Below, piece by piece: positions 11,863-27,169 of a DNA stretch of 64,000 nucleotides (within the stretch, counting starts at the first letter, position 1; every line of letters begins with the position of its first letter). The notes beneath the pieces were generated by a model that was not told where the DNA came from, did not search any database, and worked only from the letters and a program-made list of their open reading frames with translations. A program made the translations under genes and the position numbers. Source of the DNA: Flaccisagitta enflata (taxonomy: Eukaryota); assembly GCA_965153355.1 (NCBI GenBank), contig OZ231126.1:23684001-23748000 (forward strand). The letters run 5' to 3'.

Positions 11863-14800
11863 TTTAAATGGTTTCTCCTGTATCTTAAAAGGTCCCAGAA
11901 AAAATTTAAGCAGATATTTTTAAAAAATGCTAGTACTGTTTAAAATGACCTGGTTAATGAAAAAAGTAAAGAGGCTGTTTGCATGAAAAATTCTACTAAG
12001 AGTAACTGGAAAAAAGTTAAATGTATTTAAAAATGCATGGTGAATCTATTTCAGATGGTTTAAGGGTCCTATAAGGGGGCCCCTAGAAACGCACTAAAAA
12101 GACTTTCCATAAATGGCCTGTTTTTGCTATATTTGGTAAAAAGAAATTTATCAATGAGACTCCAACCTTCTAAAATTTAAGGTAAGAATACTTCTTGATG
12201 AAAGAGACTGAAAAAAAGAATCATGATGGTAGGTGATGTTTGGGGTACCTGAAAGGCCCAAAAACGGGTGATAAAACAATGATACAAATTTCTTATTCAT
12301 TGTGCTTTAAAAATGCTTGGATTTCTTCAAAAAATTGAAATAGAACTTTGCATTTAATGCAAAAAGCTCACTGTTAATTTTTGGTTCCTTAATTGGAGTA
12401 TTTCATGAAAAAAAATAAAACCACAAAATTGCCCCCCCCCCCCACCTCTGTAAATTCAATTTTCATTTTCATTTAAACCAGTGTTATTTAAAAAATAGTT
12501 GTTCCTGCATATGAACAGTAAACAGAAAGATGATCAACTTTACAGCACCGGTATGACTCAGCCTGGACCACATGCTTAGAATCTTTAAGTGCACCAAAGC
12601 ATTTTTGATTCACTTACTGGCAAACAAAGAATACCATTTTCTTTTTTAAAACAGTTTCATTGTTTTTCATGTGGCCCTGGTGCCCAGGGGTGTCCGCGTG
12701 AAGGCACATACCGATTTCCCATATCAGGATGAGTCAGGTGAGTCACATGGTTCATCCTGATATGGACATTACACCCCCTCCTAGCTAGCTAAGCTAATAA
12801 GCAGGACTGTGGAGGTCAAAGTTGCTTATTTAAGATGTATCTTCCCTTTCTCGGACTATCATGAGTTTTTTATCCTTCATTTGTCATCAGAGGCCAATAA
12901 AACAAACAAATACGAATTTCTTATTCATTATGCTTTAAAAAATGCTTGGTTTCCTTAAAAAACTTGAAATAGAACTTGTCATTCAATGCGAATAGCTTCC
13001 TGTTGATTTTTAGTGCCTTAATTGGAGTGTTTCATGGAAAAAAAAAGAAATCTGTAAAATTCACCTCTCTCTCTCTCCCCCTTGTCACTCACCGCCCTCT
13101 TTCCATTTTTATCCCTCCCCCTGTTATGAGATTCCTTTGTGTCTGTATGGTTGTAACCCACTATATCAGACCCAAGAGTAATGGTTTTAGGGGCCCTTTT
13201 TGGGGCGAATTTTGTTTGAGCATAATTTTACCATGAAGCTGTTCAAAAGTGACCAAAAAATTTTGCAGGAATCTATTTACATGAAATGAGAATTTCCATT
13301 TCAAATTTTTTAGGAATCCAAGCATTTTCGGACGCGCAGTGAATAAAAAAATGATATCTTTATGTTTTACGGGCCCTTTTTGGGCCTTTTTAGGTACCCC
13401 AACCATCACCTACCATCATGATTCTCTTTCCATCAGTCTCTTACATCAAGAAGTATAGCCCAAAAAAATTTGGAAGGATTGGGTCTCTTTGAACAAGAAA
13501 TTTTTACAAAAAAAAGCCAAAATAGGTCATTTTTAGCTTTTTTTGGGGGGGTGTTTCCAGGGGCCCCCTTATAGAGCCCCCAAACCACCAGTAATGGATT
13601 CCCCATGCATTTTCTTTTTATTATGTCTATTTTCCAGGTACTTTTAGTATGATTTTTCAGTACTACAGCCTTGAAGTTACAAAATTGTGTTTTTTTTCAT
13701 TTACCAGGTCATTTTGAACCGTAATAACTCGGCCATTTTTTGGAAATATCTGCTGAAATTTTTTCTGGGATCTCCCAAGATGCATGACTAACCATTTTCA
13801 AAAAAAAAATTGGATTCAGGGACCTTGAAATAGTGTTTTCATGTAAGAAAACTCAAAAATTGGTTTTTTTTTGGTCGAATTTTGTTTTTTTTAGCATAAT
13901 TTCAACATGAAGCTGTTCAAAAGTGGCCACAAAACTTTGCAGGAAGCTTGTTGCATAAAATGAGAAGTTCCATTTCAAATTTTGTAGGAATCCAAGCATT
14001 TTTAGACGCGCAATGAATAAAAAAGTGATATTTTTATGTTTTACGGGCCCTTTTTGGGCCTTTTTAGGTACCCCAACCATCACTTACCATGATGATCATT
14101 TTTTTTTCAGTCTCTTACATCAAGAAGTATTACCACCAAAAAAATTTAGGGGTTGGGGTCTCATTAAGCAAAAAATTTTCAACAAAAATAGCCAAAATAG
14201 GCTATTTTTGGCTGTTTTTTTTTGTGCGTTTCTAGGGGCCCCCTCGTAGGGCCCTAAAAACATCAAAAATGGATTCCTGATGCAATTTTACATAGAAATC
14301 ACTTTTTTTTTGCCACCCTCAAAGATTTTTTTTTTTTTACATGCTAGCTGAAGATATGCATGTGAGGGAAGGTCCCATAAAAAACTCTTAATCTGCTTCA
14401 AGACAAACTTTTTTGCATTTCCGAGAACATGGCTTCCTTCCTACGGGTCTTTGGACGAGGGCCATGTTTTTCGTTTTTTGAATTTGTCATTCTTTATGCA
14501 AATTAAGAGTTTTCCGTGGGGTCTTATCTAGTGATAAAAACGAATTTTCTCCAGAAAATGTCTAATTTTTCGTAGTATATTGATACATTTTAACACTGTC
14601 TAAGTCATCCGATTTGAGCTTTCCGTGCAAATTCTTAGCAAGTGTAAGTGGACCCTTCAATGGAAATGTTTGATCGATTTTCCTATCGAGTGAAAAATTG
14701 GCTGCGGCAGTGAAAATAGCGAACATCTGGAAACCGTGTCTTGAGCCATCGGTTCTCAACTCTCAAGTGCCAGGTTACCAGTTCACAATAAGCGAGCGGG

Positions 14801-15499
14801 TCCCCTCGGAGACTTTTCACAAGGTACACAAAGGAAAGGTTCTACAGAGAAGAATTTCAAAAATGATTTATCAAATGCATTGCATGCATCCATTTTTACA
14901 AAACTGCACAACAAATGAAACGAGTATGATCTTTTTGCACATGAAAAGCGTAAATATTATCTGTTTATTTAGTTTAAGCAGCGTGTTAGTATTTGGCTTT
15001 TATTCCAATTGAGTAAAGCTTGAATGATTGATATTTCAAAAGCCAGAAGCCTTAAAACTGCATTATGCAAATTAGATAATTGATGATGTAACAAATTCGT
15101 CTTCATAAAACTCAGGGTTGGTAAACTTGAAGTTAGACGGGATTGGCAAGTCGGAAAATCCCAGGGGAAAATATAGGTTACTCGGAAGGAAAGTAAATAA
15201 TGCACGCCTGTAATCTTAAAACATTTAGATTAGAAGTATATATCTCAAAATGTAAAATCATCTTTGGTTCCATATCTTGGCTCACGGAATCTCACAGATC
15301 CTCACGGAATTACTGACATGACCTATCCAAAGAAGATGTACTCACAGTCTCACACACCCACCGATGCTGCGCTACCTGACCTCTGACGTCGCGCCACCTG
15401 ACCTCCCACATAGACACGAATCCCTTTTAGCCCCCTTTTACTAGCCTTTAAATGATTTTTCGTCATAAAAGAAGTCGTAAAGACATCGATTGATGGAGC

Positions 15500-15591
<92 letters not shown>

Positions 15592-16656
15592 GAAAAAGGA
15601 AAGAGGTTGAGCCTTTCGCAGCCAAATAAGCAAGGCTAGGATCTTCTTTATGGCCTTTCTTGGTTCCCTCCTCTTCCTTTCTTAATCTTTTCCATCCTCG
15701 TTCTTTCTCTTTCCTCAGTTCCCCCACACCCCCCCCCCTGCAGTTCTCTATTCTTATAAGTCTAATGTTCTTCAGTTCTGTCTTTTTGCCTCTTCCTGTT
15801 TTGCAATTGTCCTTTACAATTCTTTCTTTTCTCTTCCTTAATTCTTTGCCTGTCTCTTGTTCGATTATGTTATTCTTTTTCTTGTTTTGTCTTTACCTTC
15901 TTCCCTCAATACAACTGAGTTTCCTCCTTTCTTTTTCATTCTTTTCCTTTCGTTCGTTGGTTTACCTCCTCTCACTCGCGCTCTCGCTCTTGCTCTCAAT
16001 GAAAGTTGGACAACATTACTACTCAACCCTACTTTAATAAAGGATGAGAGCCTTTGGAGCTCTCACTGGTGTTTAATCCGGACCCATCACAACTATCCTT
16101 TAAATTTCTAAAGAAATATTCCCTCTTCAGAAATTATCACAAGACTGGTCAAAAGTTATGCATCATTTAAAAAAAGTCACCAATTTCTGTCTATACATGA
16201 GATATGCAGACTACAAGAAAACACTTGATAAATATGGCGCGTCGAAGGATACCATATCCATCTGGGCACCTTCTCATACTCCTCATATACCAAAAATAGC
16301 AAGGAACTGAAACTCTTCTTCCTGAAACAACCCTTTCAAAAAATCTTATGTCAACCCCAAAATCTGAAATCAAAATTTTTTTGTAATAGTACATCCCAAT
16401 TGTTACAGACAAATTACCAAATGATGATGTAGCTATCCAAGGATAATCTAGATATCAAAGGCAATGTTGTTAAAAACCATACCATTGAAGGCAAGAATCG
16501 AGAATCAACCATATGGGATCGCCGGCATTCTATACCATGGTACTGAAATATATGAAAGTTGGACAACATTACTACTCAACCCTACTTTAATGTCACTCTC
16601 TCATTCTTTCTCTCTTTCTTTCTGTCTTTTTGGGACACAAAGTTACTATTGCTTTT

Positions 16657-16736
<80 letters not shown>

Positions 16737-17168
16737 ATACCCTGAGGATTTGAAGAAGACTCTTTGATAATTAAGCCTACATAGCCAAAGAAGGTGAGAG
16801 GAGGGATTGAGTGAAGGAATTGTGTAGATAACAGCGAAAAGCCATTTATAGCGTAACGACTTTCTCTCTGAGTTGCGGCGGTGATTGGTTTTTGTGGGGT
16901 TTTGGATAAAGCAAAGGGAAAATGACAACCGGGAATGTGGCCCATAATGCGATGTTAGGTGCGGTTTGAATTAAACAATTTGCATGAATGCTCGACTGCG
17001 AGATATTTTCGATGCCCAATGAATCGGCCCCTCGCGGGCATTCCGCCAATCCCAGGGACAGCAATGAGTTATTTCTGGTGAGGTGAAACTGTTTCGCTTG
17101 ATGTAAATCTTATCAAAACAAAATCGCGCGTTTAGATTTACACAATTTTGATATTAACAATGTTTGTC

Positions 17169-17365
17169 TTTTTAGTCGCGTGCACGCGACTCTACACCCC
17201 GCTTTGTCCGTCGGTCGGTTGGTCGGTCGGTCGGTCACACTTTACTTTTTTTATGATTTTTATATCTGGACCTTACTGTTCCTGCCCGAATGGTCCAGTG
17301 ATCTCAAATATGGCCCCTGCCCACCCGTACGCGACTTGGGTAGCCGTTTATCCGGCTTTGTTTTT
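17169..17365 (+). mobile_element. Helentron/DINE-1-like element, family A (cleanest copy)
   Basis: TTTTTAGTCGCGTGCACGCGACT 5' subterminal inverted repeat, (GGTC)n core, 3' CGCGACT, stem-loop GCCGTTTATCCGGC, then TTTGTTTTT; no TSD. Related remnants at ~24679, ~32257, ~37003 and ~56137. Confidence 0.75.
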
Positions 17366-18059
17366 GTAAATTCTCCAAAGGGAATCAATCACAGCCAAAC
17401 GTACTCGTCATTGAAGTTTAGACTTTGTTCCTATTGGCTTGTTTTGCTTCCACGGAAGAAACAAAACCAACAGAGCAGAATTTGTTAATTTATTTATTGC
17501 GATATGCAAATCAGGCAAACCTAAACAGTAATGTGGCCTTCATGATTCTTGCAACACTATTTTCGCTTATCTATAACAGCAACAATACAGCGTAAAGAAC
17601 GCCACAAACAAAAGAACACAGGCATCGAAAGCCCAAATACAAAGGCCTTATGGGAATCCATGATGGCTGCCTCCATCCTGCAAAGACACGAATTTTGGGA
17701 ACAGCAGAGCCACCTTAAGTCTACCGTTAGCACGAAGACTCGCGGCTGCGGCTGCGACGACGGCTGCCGTCTGCGGAATGCTGCCGCTGCGGCCTCCGTT
17801 TTCTGCCTTTAGAAATGATGAATCTTCTCAATAAATCGAATCGCAGGCAAACCTCCTTTCCTCCGTCCTCTTCCGCGGCTCCACTCTTCCTTCTTCTCTT
17901 GGAACTCTACACGACGCCTCTTCTTCGTCCTCCGGGCAACGACGATGGATGAGCTTCTAGCACCGGCTCTCTCTTGGCTGGCTCGAAAGCTATACGCACG
18001 TATATATGAAAGATATCGAGCTATTTCTCATGGCAAAAAAAGAGAGGAAAGGAAAGGAA

Positions 18060-18124
<65 letters not shown>

Positions 18125-18349
18125 AAGACAGGGAGACAGACGGAAAGATAGACAGACAGGGAGACAGACGGAAAGATAGACAGACAGGTAGACTGAAAAC
18201 CAAATCGACAGATAAAAATATCTAATTAGACAGAAAAAGAGGGACAAACAGTTGCAGAAACAAAGTCAATAAGGCCAACGTTGAAAGGGACGATAGGTGG
18301 AAAGAGAGAAAGACAGTGAGCTAGGTGGAAACAAAATAAAGACAGACAG

Positions 18350-18444
<95 letters not shown>

Positions 18445-18831
18445 TGGCTCTCGGGCCGAGGTCGTAAAGCGGCATTTGGCGAGTGGAAGCACGTAAAAGT
18501 GGTAAGGAATGACGTCCTCTACTCTTTCTACGTACTCGTTTTCAGACTCTTTTCTGCTTCATCATTATTTTATGGCTTTTATTTTTCTCTCATCGGAATA
18601 ATTTTCACCGGACTGATTTTGATTTGCGAGAGAGAGAGAGATAAACAGAGAGAGAGAGAGAGACGGACGCAGGCACAGCCATACAAAGACAGGCATTGAG
18701 ACAGACTAAGAGACAGACAGAATGACAGAGAAACAGAAATGCAGACAGGCAGTCAAAAACTCGGAAAGCTAGGCAGAGAGGGTCTAGTCACGGACAGGGG
18801 CGGAAAGACAGACGGTAAAAACGGATAGCGA

Positions 18832-18885
<54 letters not shown>

Positions 18886-19580
18886 AGGCGTAACGAAAAC
18901 AATTGCCCGTTTTACGATTATGCTAATGAAGGATTTGTTTTGCATCTTCAATATGGTTCACAATTGACGACGCTGCATAAACCGGACGCTTGAAATATGC
19001 TTGTTACCAGATGCGTCCTCGCATCTCCGTCCGTCGGTCAGTCCGACGATCTGTTTGTCCATTGCGCCTGTGCTAAAACCGCATTTCTTGGTACTTTCCA
19101 GCTGCGGGTATGTCACGCTTCAAATAACAAGCCCGATCGGGCAACGATGCGTCCGGGCTGTGTCTCAGCGTGTATTGATCATGTGACATTTGTATGGAGA
19201 GACAGATGGACGCACAGACGGGTGAAAAGACTCTCAAAACATCTTGGTTGATCATTTGTTTCAGTGTAGGATATCACTGTGGCCAAAAACAGCCGAGAAA
19301 CGCGGATTTTGCACAGGCGTAACAGACCGACCGACCGACCGACCGACCAACCGACCGACCGACCGACCGACCGACCGACCGAACTACCGACCGACCGACC
19401 GACGGATGGACGGACAGACCCTTTTATAGAGATGCGTTCCTGACGCGAATTTAAGATTAAAAGATTTCTTTGGTAAAATGAAAGACACAACCATGTAGGA
19501 TACTGACAAATATGTGCTAAAAGAGCATCGGAATGTGTTTATGAGTGTTAATGTATGTATTTTGTAGGGGTGTGTTCTTT

Positions 19581-19789
<209 letters not shown>

Positions 19790-20365
19790 GTAGGCGTTTG
19801 CTCCTTTGTGTGTGTGGTAACGACATAAACTGTTTAGAACGGGTTAGGTGAGGGAGCGAGACGAGTTTCTGGGCTATGACGACGTGGACGGTAACGATGA
19901 CATTTACTGCTTGGATGATGACGACGATGACGACGATAACAGTTATATCGACGATGATGACGACGGTTTTGACGACGACGTACAATGACGACACAGGATG
20001 ACACTTCAGTAACAATTTTAGTTGGCCTCGATGCTCAGCCTCGAAACAATTCATGTCTTTATTTCATCGTCATGTGTTCATACATTTAAGGGAGCTTTTA
20101 GAAGCAACTGTTTTCCTTTGCTCTCCGTTTGTTTCTCGATCTAGCCACTTCTTTCCCAATCACTCCTTTTTTATCTGGCTGTCAATTCGTTCACCCGTTT
20201 GTCTGTCTGTCTACCAACCCTATGGTGCTCTGTCTGTTATTCTGCACATGCTTGTGATTGTCTGTCTGTCTGTGGCTTTCTCTGTCTTTCTGTCATTATG
20301 TTTGTCTATCTGTCTGCATGATTGTGTGTGAGTTTGTGTTTCTCTGTTTCTCAGTCAGTCTCTGT

Positions 20366-20471
<106 letters not shown>

Positions 20472-20508
20472 CACGCGCACAGCATATACCATACACACAC
20501 GCGCGCGC

Positions 20509-20601
<93 letters not shown>

Positions 20602-21033
20602 TTTCTTCTTCTTCTTCTTGACCAAAAAACCGTCCCATCATTCGTTATTCGTCATTTTTGTTGGCGTCTTTATTTTCCACGTCGTAAAAGCGTCTAACTC
20701 ATGAAGGCGATTTTAGTTTACTACTTTGCCACGCGAGGACGCCCCCCTACGCCATTACGCCATTACACACCACTACGTCACTTGGCCCAAGTCTTGAAAG
20801 GCCATTTTGGTTTATGGTCTCAGCACTTGGGGGCTGCAATACGCTTTCTACTATACTACTTGGGAGGCACTGAAAGACGATTATCTATTCTTTCAAAAAA
20901 GCGAGAGAATAAAAGAAAAAAAAAGAACAATAAAGCAGTCGTTGCTATTCTTTTTTGGCTACTGCAACGATCTTCAAAAATTAATAACGTAAAGGGAACC
21001 TCCAATCATGTCCGTCGTTCCGTGTGTTTTTCA

Positions 21034-21125
21034 GTCTGTTACGCATCCGTCTGTTACGCATCCGTCTGTTACGCATCCGTCTGTTACGCATCCGTCTGTT
21101 ACGCATCCGTATGTTACACATCCGT
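21034..21125. repeat. 15-bp tandem repeat (GTCTGTTACGCATCC)n
   Basis: About six adjacent copies. Confidence 0.9.
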
Positions 21126-22006
21126 TCGCTGATGCACCGGGTGCAGGTATTGACCCAGTTTTGTAAATCAAGTCAAGATTGAAATGAAAAAAATGTAATG
21201 ATAGAAGTTAGGATGCTCGATGCAACAGAACAATATATTTGGTAAATGGACACCTCTGGGTTACCGACAGACCGACAATCCAACTCACGATAAGTCACAC
21301 AAACTCTAGAGTAGAAAATACACTAGCGCGAATCAATACATTTATATGAGACAAACGAAATGAGAAACCAACATGTTGTTTTTCGGGCCAATATCATTCA
21401 CCTGTTGATGTCTCTTCAATTTGCGTAAGAGATTCAGTTTCGTATATTGACTAAGAAAGAAGTTCATAAATTCAGTCGTTTCTACCGTTAAAGGTCATTT
21501 TGACCAATAGAACGAGAGAGATTGTCAACAGCCGACTTCTCCGCCTCTCCACGACTCCGACGTAATACCGGGAAATTATTGCGCATAAAAGTCACAGTGG
21601 CCACCGGAGGCGACGACTGCTCCAACTCTCCACCACTGCCTCCACCACCATCGTGCCCACCGCCACCGCCTCCAGCTCCACCGGCACCGCTTCCACCGCT
21701 ACCGCCTCCAGCTCCACCGCCACCGCCACCACCTCCAACGCCACCGCTTCTACTGCCCCTCCGACACCGCCACTGGGTATGGTCGTTGTTATTTTGTTTG
21801 CATAGCCTGTCGACATCGTACATCAACCGGACGCCAGGAGTGAGTTGTCCTCGCGCGGGTTCTGTCTCTGTTTCTGTCTCTGGGCTTGGTCTGATACTGT
21901 CTGTCAGTGTCGCAATGTGTCTGTCCGTCTGTCTGTGTGTTTATCTGTCTGTGTGTCTGATTATCTTTCTGTCTGTCTGCTTGGTTTTTACCTTGCTGTC
22001 TTTCAT

Positions 22007-22097
<91 letters not shown>

Positions 22098-22288
22098 TTT
22101 CCCTAGGATTTTCTGGTCGTCCGAACAAATGAACATCGTTTTCCCTTTTTTTCTCGCTCTTTCGGTTTTTCTCCACTTGGAGCGCCGCTTTTCGACGTTA
22201 CGCGTCATTTGGACTCATTTCCGCTTATTTATTTGACCATTTACAACTGCGACGCTCACTCACACACATATTCACGGCGAAGGGACAC

Positions 22289-22334
<46 letters not shown>

Positions 22335-22524
22335 CAAGAATAACAGTTGTTGTTTTTTTTTTTGTTCATCCTCGAAGAGTGGCTAACACCTTCTCAAGCA
22401 AGATCGTAAATCACGCTTTCTGTTTTGTTTTTTAGTTTACAACATTTCTTTATTTCCAGGTTAGGAGTTTCTGCTGCGAAATGCTATGTCTTCTAACTAC
22501 GTTGTTTGATTGTTGTTGTTGTTG

Positions 22525-22572
<48 letters not shown>

Positions 22573-22607
22573 CGTTGTCGTTGTCGTTGTCGTTTTCGTC
22601 GTCGTCG

Positions 22608-22677
<70 letters not shown>

Positions 22678-22787
22678 ATTTGTTGTTGTTGTTGTTTTTG
22701 TATCAAGTTATTCTGGTTGTTGTCGTGTTGATCCTCTTTAAGTTCTTTTACTGAATATTCTTTCTCGAATTCTCTTTTTCACTTATA

Positions 22788-23767
22788 CAGTTGAACCCCG
22801 CAATAGCGGATGTCAAGGGACTTAAAGTTGTATGCGTTATTTATGGATTTCTGTTTTTGCTTACATAAGAAATTAAAAGAAATAATATGAATGGACCAAC
22901 ATTTCATATCTGTTATAGTAGTAAGAGGATGCCTAAAACTTCTATATCACTTAGTATGAAAATTTTGTCAAAATAGGATTATTAGTTAAGCTTTTGAAAG
23001 TATATGTTCAATAAAATATTAATGGAGTTCATTTTCTATATAGATATGGCCATGATCATTAAACAACAAGGTCGGATACACGGCAATCCAGTCGCGGACA
23101 TCTGTTATAGTAGTAAGAGGATGCTAAAACTGCTATATCAATTGAAAATTTTGTCGAAATAGGACCGATTAGTTAAGCTTCTGAAAGTATATGCAATAAA
23201 ATATTAACGGAGTTCATTTTCTATATAGATATGGCCATGATCATTAAACAGAAACTGGGTCTAAAAAATTGTCTGTTGCGATGAACTTCCTTCTGAAGCT
23301 GTTTAGCTGTGCAGTTATTTTATGCATATATACCATGAAAACAAGCGATTGGTAGAAGGAAAGCGCAGCAGAGAAAATATTTTTTGAAAACAACTTCAGA
23401 AAGTGTTTGGTATATATTATACCATCATATATGTGTGAAACTTGCAGATGCAAACATATTAAGACCCCCTTCAGCATGTTCAAAGTTGAGAAGATTTTTG
23501 GCAATTTCTACGGATTGCCTTTCTTCGCTTTTCCAACTTTTCAAGATCGTCTGAGGTGTGTTCTGGTATGCCTCAGCATGTTCACACACAAATATTGCTG
23601 AAAAACAAGCAGACACCAGTTAAGATATGTATATCAAACTCATTTTAGCGTGAAGAAAAGACAATTTTTCGACAATAGATTTCAATAACTTGACAATTTA
23701 CGTTCCTGCTTACTAGTTATAGGCAGATTTTCCTTACTTTCAGGTTCGTTCTCGCGGGGTGTAACTG
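22788..23767. mobile_element. Tc1/mariner (pogo-like) non-autonomous element
   Basis: TA flanks; TIRs CAGTTGAACCCCGC / GCGGGGTGTAACTG; internal ~155-bp duplication (~22908-23065 vs ~23101-23250). Confidence 0.7.
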
Positions 23768-24121
23768 TAGACAGTTTCCTCCATCCTTTCATTGTCGACT
23801 TTTGCTTCGCCATCTTTTCCTCCCAACATATTGTTTCTCTTATGTCTTGCTCCACACAAAAACTACTTCCTCGTTATTCTGATTTTTTCCTTCCTTTTCT
23901 CCTGATGGTGAATGGAATGTCAGCAAATTGACATCAACAACCATCATCGTTTTACAGGCCCATCCAGCCCATCGTGCCCCGTAATAACCATCATCTTAAT
24001 ATCATCGTATATATCGCTGCAGCCCTCACGTCCTAGACTTTTCTTTACAGTCCCTCTTGCGCGTTCTTCTTCTCTTTTTTCCTCTCTGCTTTTGATCTCT
24101 GTCTCTGTCTCTGTCTCTGTC

Positions 24122-24273
<152 letters not shown>

Positions 24274-24288
24274 CTTTTTTTTTACCTA

Positions 24289-24422
<134 letters not shown>

Positions 24423-25053
24423 TCTCCCTGCTGCATCAGCAGCTGCGGCATGAATTTTGAAAGAGTTTTTTTCAGCCGCGGCCGCAGCTTGGGCGGTAAA
24501 CCGTCTGCTGCTGCCGCGTCATCTCCCAACGAGATTGCATGAGTGAAGGACTATTCGCGCGGATGAATACAGATTACTGTCTTCATCTATCCTTTTTCAT
24601 TTCCTTTGCTTGTGTTTCTGTCATTGTTCTATAATATTTTTCTATCTTTTTTGTCTTCATTTTTTATGGTTTGCCTTTTTTTTGTCGCGCAATCGCATTT
24701 CTATCAGGGGCTGTGTCCGTCCGCGTCCGTCCGTCGATCCATCTTTCCAGCAGCCCATGAAGCGCAAGTCAAAAAGTGTAAACCCGGGTGTTTTCGCCCC
24801 TGCCCAGTACCCACCCTAACCCCTCCCCCTTTGAGGAAATTGTAACCCTAGATTACTTGATTTCTCCTCTGTCCTTTTCTATTCCTCCGTAAATATACCT
24901 ACTTGCCTGTACGTTTCTCAATGTGTAGTTTAGTTTCCTGTCTGTATGTCTGTCTACATTTATATACGTCTGTCTCTGTCTGTCTGGCTGTCTGTCTGCC
25001 TGTCTGCCTGTCAGTCTGTCCGTCTGTCTGTCGGCCTCTTTCTTTCTTTCCTG

Positions 25054-25158
<105 letters not shown>

Positions 25159-25266
25159 GCTTGTCTCTCTGTCGCTGAACGTATCCTTTTTTACTGAAAT
25201 TGTTCTATTTTTGTCTCTGATGCAGCTGAAGAAAATTTCATGTGGGAATCTTTCTGTGTTTGTCTG

Positions 25267-25401
<135 letters not shown>

Positions 25402-26201
25402 CCATCCTTCATTTCTTTCTTTTGCTCCTCCTCTGTTGTCTCCTTTTCCTCCCCTTCCTCCTCATTCCTCTCCTTCTGCCCCTCCTCTTCCTCCACATTT
25501 CATTTCTGGACTCCTCCTCTTTCTCCACTTGTTCCCTTTCTTTCTCTTATTCTTCCTCATTGCACGTATTCCATCGTCGTCGTCGACTTCGTTGTCGTCG
25601 TCGTCAGCGTCGTTGTCGTCGTCGTCATCGTCGTCTTCGTCATCGCCATTGTAAACAACGCCGTAATCATCATCGTTATCGCCCTTGTGGTCGTAGTTGT
25701 CGTTTTCGTCGCTGCTATGCTCGTCGTCGTCACCGTCGTCATCATCATCGTCATCGTCATCAGGTTTCTTTTTCTCAGGGCAGCGAGGCGCGTCGTCTAC
25801 CTCGTCGTTGCCATTCCCGTCCTCTGATTGGTCTGAATTTTTTTCACGACGAATGTGACAGTTTGATTGTTTAATTAAACGTATATGTGTCCCAATGAGC
25901 AGTGCAAGGCGTACGCCGTGGTGGTCGCAAATCAACTTGTGCGTGTTTGTTGAGAAAGGAAGAGAGAAAGGAGGGGGAACTGGGAAGACAAGCGCCCCTC
26001 TCTCTCTATCTTTCGATACCGGGCGCCTCTTGTTTATTACACTTTTCCCTTTTTAGTGGCGTTTTACGGAATGACGCCATACTTAGCCACACATGTACCT
26101 ACACTAAAAGACAAAAGACAAAAGAAACGAAAACCAGAAACAAACAAGAAAAAAAAAACCATCGTCAGGTGAACGCGATCATAACACCCATTGCGCGCGC
26201 T

Positions 26202-26302
<101 letters not shown>

Positions 26303-26972
26303 CTTTGCTTTCGTCAGCGCCGTTTTTTTTTCATTTCCGGTTTTCTTTCCATCGCGTCAAAGCTTTGGGCGCGCCAAGATCAGGTTTTTTCCTTTTTAAT
26401 TTTTTGCTCACATTTCTCCATATTTCTTCTCCGCATTTTCTTCGGGCATTAAGTAGTACTACTTTCTTACACACACACAAACACACACAAGCACACACAC
26501 ACACACTCTTACAAAGACAAAGACATAGACAAACTCAAACTCAAACATTCACACACTTAAATCCACACTCACTCACTCACTCACTCATTCACTCACTCAC
26601 CCACTCATATGTCGCACATTTCAAGCGTAGACGCACAAAATTGGTAAGAACTTCTACTCAGTTTTTTTTCTCTTTATTTTACTCTTTTTCTCCTTTTTCC
26701 GTTTAGACAAATGAATGAAAAGCGCGTCTTCCAATGAATGAAAAGCGCTTCTTCGAATGTGATCAACAAGAGGGAGCAATAAGCGTAAAAATAAAGAGGT
26801 GACGACACAAACAAAAGGACAAACGAAATGAACGTCATAAACGATGATCAAATAAAACGCTGACTAGCCGCAATGGAAAAGAAAAACACGCAATAGATAC
26901 GCATGTCTCCGACGCAATAAACGACGCAACGTTATTCGACAATTCATGTGCGTGAATGTGTGTGTGTTTGTG

Positions 26973-26980
26973 TATAAAGG
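26973..26980 (+). promoter_or_regulatory. Candidate TATA box of the Hox gene
   Basis: TATAAAGG ~195 bp upstream of the first ATG. Position is plausible; no transcript evidence. Confidence 0.3.
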
Positions 26981-27169
26981 GCTATCTTTTCCATAGCTCT
27001 TTCACCTTCGCACATCCTCCCTCTACATCTCCAAAGTCCGAAAAATTCTGTGAGTTTTCACCCACGCCAACGCTCGCGCGCCCTCGCGGGTCTTCGCTTG
27101 AAATAACAAACCTCAGATAAAAAAAAGTATATTTCATTCTAACCTCGCCCACACACAACCACCCCACCG

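Larger units (their letters stand above)
7674..14368. mobile_element. Large foldback-type non-autonomous DNA element with ~1.2-kb internally repetitive inverted arms
   Basis: Ends CCCTCACATGCATATCTTCAGCTAGC / GCTAGCTGAAGATATGCATGTGAGGG with AAGG on both flanks. 7674-8414 plus 11013-~11500 is the reverse complement of ~13180-14368 (mirror ORFs 7804-/14013+ and 7970+/13853-). Further diverged copies of the arm unit at ~12030-12410 and ~12910-13045. Confidence 0.8.

Noticed and set aside
21488-22106. Gly-rich or Pro-rich ORFs resembling a transcription-factor exon
   Set aside because: Degenerate CCA/CCG triplet repeat with no recognisable motif or convincing splice partner; cannot be supported as coding.
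25462-25935. Asp-rich 157-aa minus-strand ORF upstream of the Hox gene
   Set aside because: Degenerate (GTC/ATC)n triplet region, open in several frames.
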